The notes beneath the pieces were generated by a model. The model searched no databases. It was not told the DNA's origin and saw only the letters and a program-made list of their open reading frames with translations. Below are positions 59,726-64,000 of a stretch of 64,000 bases of DNA, piece after piece; positions within the stretch are counted from its first letter, which is position 1, and each line of letters starts with the position of its first letter. Position numbers and translations under genes: made by a program. The stretch comes from Eledone cirrhosa (taxonomy: Eukaryota), in assembly GCA_964016885.1 (NCBI GenBank), contig OZ024751.1, positions 16,864,001 through 16,928,000 on the forward strand. Reading direction: 5' to 3'.

Positions 59726-59925
59726 NNNNNNNNNNNNNNNNNNNNNNNNNNNNNNNNNNNNNNNNNNNNNNNNNNNNNNNNNNNNNNNNNNNNNNNNNNN
59801 NNNNNNNNNNNNNNNNNNNNNNNNNNNNNNNNNNNNNNNNNNNNNNNNNNNNNNNNNNNNNNNNNNNNNNNNNNNNNNNNNNNNNNNNNNNNNNNNNNNN
59901 NNNNNNNNNNNNNNNNNNNNNNNNN
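59726..59925. other. Assembly gap (200 N)
   Basis: Run of N. Confidence 1.
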
Positions 59926-60024
59926 TATATATTATATATATATTATATATATATATTATATATATTATAAATATATATATATATATTATAATATATATTA
60001 TATATTATATATATTTTATATATA

Positions 60025-60067
<43 letters not shown>

Positions 60068-60207
60068 ATATTATATATATATATATTATATATATATAAA
60101 TATTAAATATATATATATTATATATATATATATTATATATATATTATATATATTATATATATATATATATTATATATATATATATATTATATATATATTA
60201 TATATAT

Positions 60208-60238
<31 letters not shown>

Positions 60239-60246
60239 ATATATAT

Positions 60247-60277
<31 letters not shown>

Positions 60278-60338
60278 ATATATATATATATATATTATAT
60301 ATATATATTATATATATATATATATATTATATATATTA

Positions 60339-60433
<95 letters not shown>

Positions 60434-61470
60434 ATTAAATATATATATTATATATATATATATATATATATTATATATTACATATATATATATATATATT
60501 ATATATATATATTATATATATATATTATATATATATATTATATATATATATTATATATATATATTATATATATTATATAATATATATATATATTATATAA
60601 TATATATATATATATAATATATATATATATATATAATATATATATATATTATATAATATATATATATATTATATAATATATATATTATATTATATATATA
60701 TATATATAATATATATTATATATATTATATAATATATATATTATATATATTATATAATATATATATATATATATAATTTATATAATATATATATTATATA
60801 ATATACATATATATATAATATATATATTATATAATATATATTATATAATATATATATATAATATATATATATATTATATAATATCTATATATAATATATA
60901 TATATATATATTATATAATATATATATATATATATCTATATATATTTTATAATATATATATATAATATATATATATATATTATATAATATCTATATATAA
61001 TATATATATATATTATATAATATATATATATATATATCTATATATATTTTATAATATATATATATAATATATATATATATTATATAATATCTATATATAA
61101 TATATATATATATTATATAATATATATATATATATATCTATATATATTATATAATATATATATATAATATATATATATATATTATATAATATATATATAT
61201 AATATATATATATATTATATAATATCTATATATAATATATATATATATTATATAATATATATATATATATATCTATCTATATATATTATATAATATATAT
61301 ATATAATATATATATATATTATATAATATCTATATATAATATATATATATATTATATGATATATATATATAATATATATATATATTATATGATATATATA
61401 TATAATATATATATATATAATATATATATATATTATATGATATATATATAATATATATATATATTATATG

Positions 61471-61514
<44 letters not shown>

Positions 61515-61555
61515 ATATAATATATATTATATAATATATATATATAATATATATA

Positions 61556-61593
<38 letters not shown>

Positions 61594-61607
61594 ATATATA
61601 TATATAT

Positions 61608-61663
<56 letters not shown>

Positions 61664-61712
61664 ATATATATATATATATAATATAATATATATATATAAT
61701 ATATATATATAT

Positions 61713-61744
<32 letters not shown>

Positions 61745-61765
61745 ATATTATATATATATATATAT

Positions 61766-61797
<32 letters not shown>

Positions 61798-61849
61798 ATA
61801 TATATATTATATAATATATATTATATATATATATATATATATTATATAA

Positions 61850-61889
<40 letters not shown>

Positions 61890-62283
61890 ATATATTATAT
61901 ATATATATATATATATTATATATTATATATATATATATATTATATAATATATATATCGAATTCTATAATATATATATATATATTATATAATATATATATA
62001 TATATTATATATATATTTATATATTATATATTATATAATATATATATATATATATATATTATATAATATATATATATATATATTATAATATATATTATAT
62101 ATATATATATATATATTATATATTATATATATATATATATTATATAATATATATATCGAATTCTATAATATATATATATATATTATATAATATATATATA
62201 TATATTATATATATATTTATATATTATATATTATATAATATATATATATATATATATATTATATAATATATATATATATATAT

Positions 62284-62320
<37 letters not shown>
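59926..62320. repeat. (TA)n/(TTA/TAA) AT-only satellite
   Basis: Directly visible; tcgaattcta recurs at about 61956, 62156 and 62319. Confidence 0.95.
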
Positions 62321-62322
<2 letters not shown>

Positions 62323-62439
62323 ATTCTATTTTTCCATCAACTGAGCGTTCGACTCGTAAATTATCGTATAGGCTGGTAATTATTCCCACAGATAAATGTA
62401 CTTCGCAGACAGAACCGACGCGACTAATCAGGTGACGAC

Positions 62440-63000
62440 AGTCGATCCATGAGTTGCACACGTATCTAATCTGTTGGGTTTCCAACCCGAAAACCGAATT
62501 GAACAGAGCAAGTTTGTGTTTTACGCCTATATCCCTTCTTCTGATTACTGAATACCAACACTTACCTATACTCATGAATGCTGGGTAATGACCGAAAGAA
62601 TACGTTCGCGAATACAAATGTGATTACTCAGAAGGGTCATTGTAGTAACGTTACTCGATAAAGTGCGTAGCTCGGAGACTAGATATTCACCCCAGGTAGA
62701 GCTGCTGCTATTTCTCCAAATTGAAAGATCATAGCTCCGATACTATGGGAATGTCTCCAACACATGGGAATGTCTCAGGAAAGAATCGCTGGACAGATTT
62801 TACTGGGAAAAACCAACAGGAAGGAGACCCAGGAGTAGACCTCGAGCAAGATGGTTGGATAACATCCATGAGCTTAGTGGTGTCGCTTGGGGACCTAATG
62901 GAACCAGGCGGAGACTGTTGCTTCTGACAGGACCCATTGGATTGAGTGTTTGAGGACTCTACCCTCATGACGATCTCAGGGTTAAGTGGGTGAAGAAAAG
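62440..63000 (+). mobile_element. Expander/Rex3-like RTE 3' fragment (decayed)
   Basis: PTLTYTHECWVMTERIRSRIQ...LLDKVRSS...GKPTGRRPR. Confidence 0.8.
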
Positions 63001-63857
63001 GAAGGTTCTCCAGTGCAAATTCTGTTACTGCAATTTTACTCAGACTGTATGCGTAGACCCTCGGTTATATTTAAGACACTTGCACAAGATGCCAGCAGAT
63101 AGGATAGAATCCGTTATCCCATAATTACAAAACCAACTTTTTAAACTTCCAGACATATTGTCGTCCAATCATACCAAAATGCGAAAAGAAAAACATACAT
63201 ATTGATTCCTTCTGACCGAATTATTGCCTGTAAAGAAGTGGAAACCTTATCAACGTAGAACATCGAAAAAGATGAGAACTATGCAAGCCATGCGTTATGA
63301 GAGTAAAGGTGATACCAATAATATGTTTTATTGGATGTGATAAAATAAAAATAGGATGAGCTTGACATAACGAAAAATAAACATCGTGCGATAAATTAGT
63401 CCTACTTGGCAGAGAATCATACGTCCGTACGAGCTACAAGACAATCAATACATCTCACGCACAGCACACTCTATGAAATCACCTACCAATACTGTGACCG
63501 CTTTCGAATTGAAAAAAGAAAAAAAAATGTTAAAGCGAAACAAAACAACACAACACAATACAAAGTTATATAGGAAATCAGACCGCACAGTTGAGTAAGC
63601 TAAATAAAACAGAAGCAGGCGTTACCTCGTGATTTAGAATTTAACATCATAATCGCGTGGTTCTGGAAATTCACACACGTACACACATACACAAATCGTT
63701 GATCTAGTAACTCCAGATAAAGTCGTAGGGTAGCCGTAATCAAGTACAGCGTTTCTTGGGCATTTTAAGCCTGGTTGAACCCAACCCTCTCCAGGCCTGA
63801 GTACAGTAGATTTCTTCCAGTGAGAGAGAGGAAATGAGACAGTGATATAGAGGAATA

Positions 63858-64000
63858 ATCGATTCCAGTACTAGACTGGTACGTTTTTTTATCGAACTGG
63901 AAATGATGAAAGACAAAGTTGACCTTGGCGAGATTTGAACTCAAAGAGCAGAGAATCGGAACGAATAGCATAAAGCATTCTGTCCGACGTTCTAACGACT
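63858..64000 (-). mobile_element. tRNA-SINE copy (runs off the window end)
   Basis: ctggtacg...tttatcga...aagttgaccttggcgagatttgaactc. Confidence 0.75.

Overview
Eukaryotic, AT-rich, repeat-dominated window with no recognisable host protein-coding gene; the SINE family and microsatellite load suggest an octopus/cephalopod genome (inference). About 18 kb is TA/TG/CA-based micro- or minisatellite, which produces the many spurious Y/I/M/C/V/H-rich ORFs in the track. The rest is a nest of non-LTR retroelements: one intact full-length RTE LINE (30253-33559, APE+RT), a decayed RTE with three C-terminal C2H2 fingers and a nested L1/Tx1 element, two near-identical CR1 copies, CRE and Expander/Rex3-like RTE 3' fragments, two bipartite non-autonomous RTE derivatives, and about 20 copies of a tRNA-derived Nin/Deu-domain SINE whose 3' end resembles the local Tx1 3' end. 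The most notable signal is non-coding. A 310-bp near-perfect tandem array (49589-50455) carries a minimal type I hammerhead ribozyme on a 16-bp stem in every unit, the architecture of a non-LTR retrozyme or Penelope-like pLTR that could yield 310-nt circular RNAs. A second, unrelated minimal hammerhead family occurs three times (39404, 48453, 49154) in Penelope-like inverted arrangements. All structures were read by eye; no folding or database searches were run.
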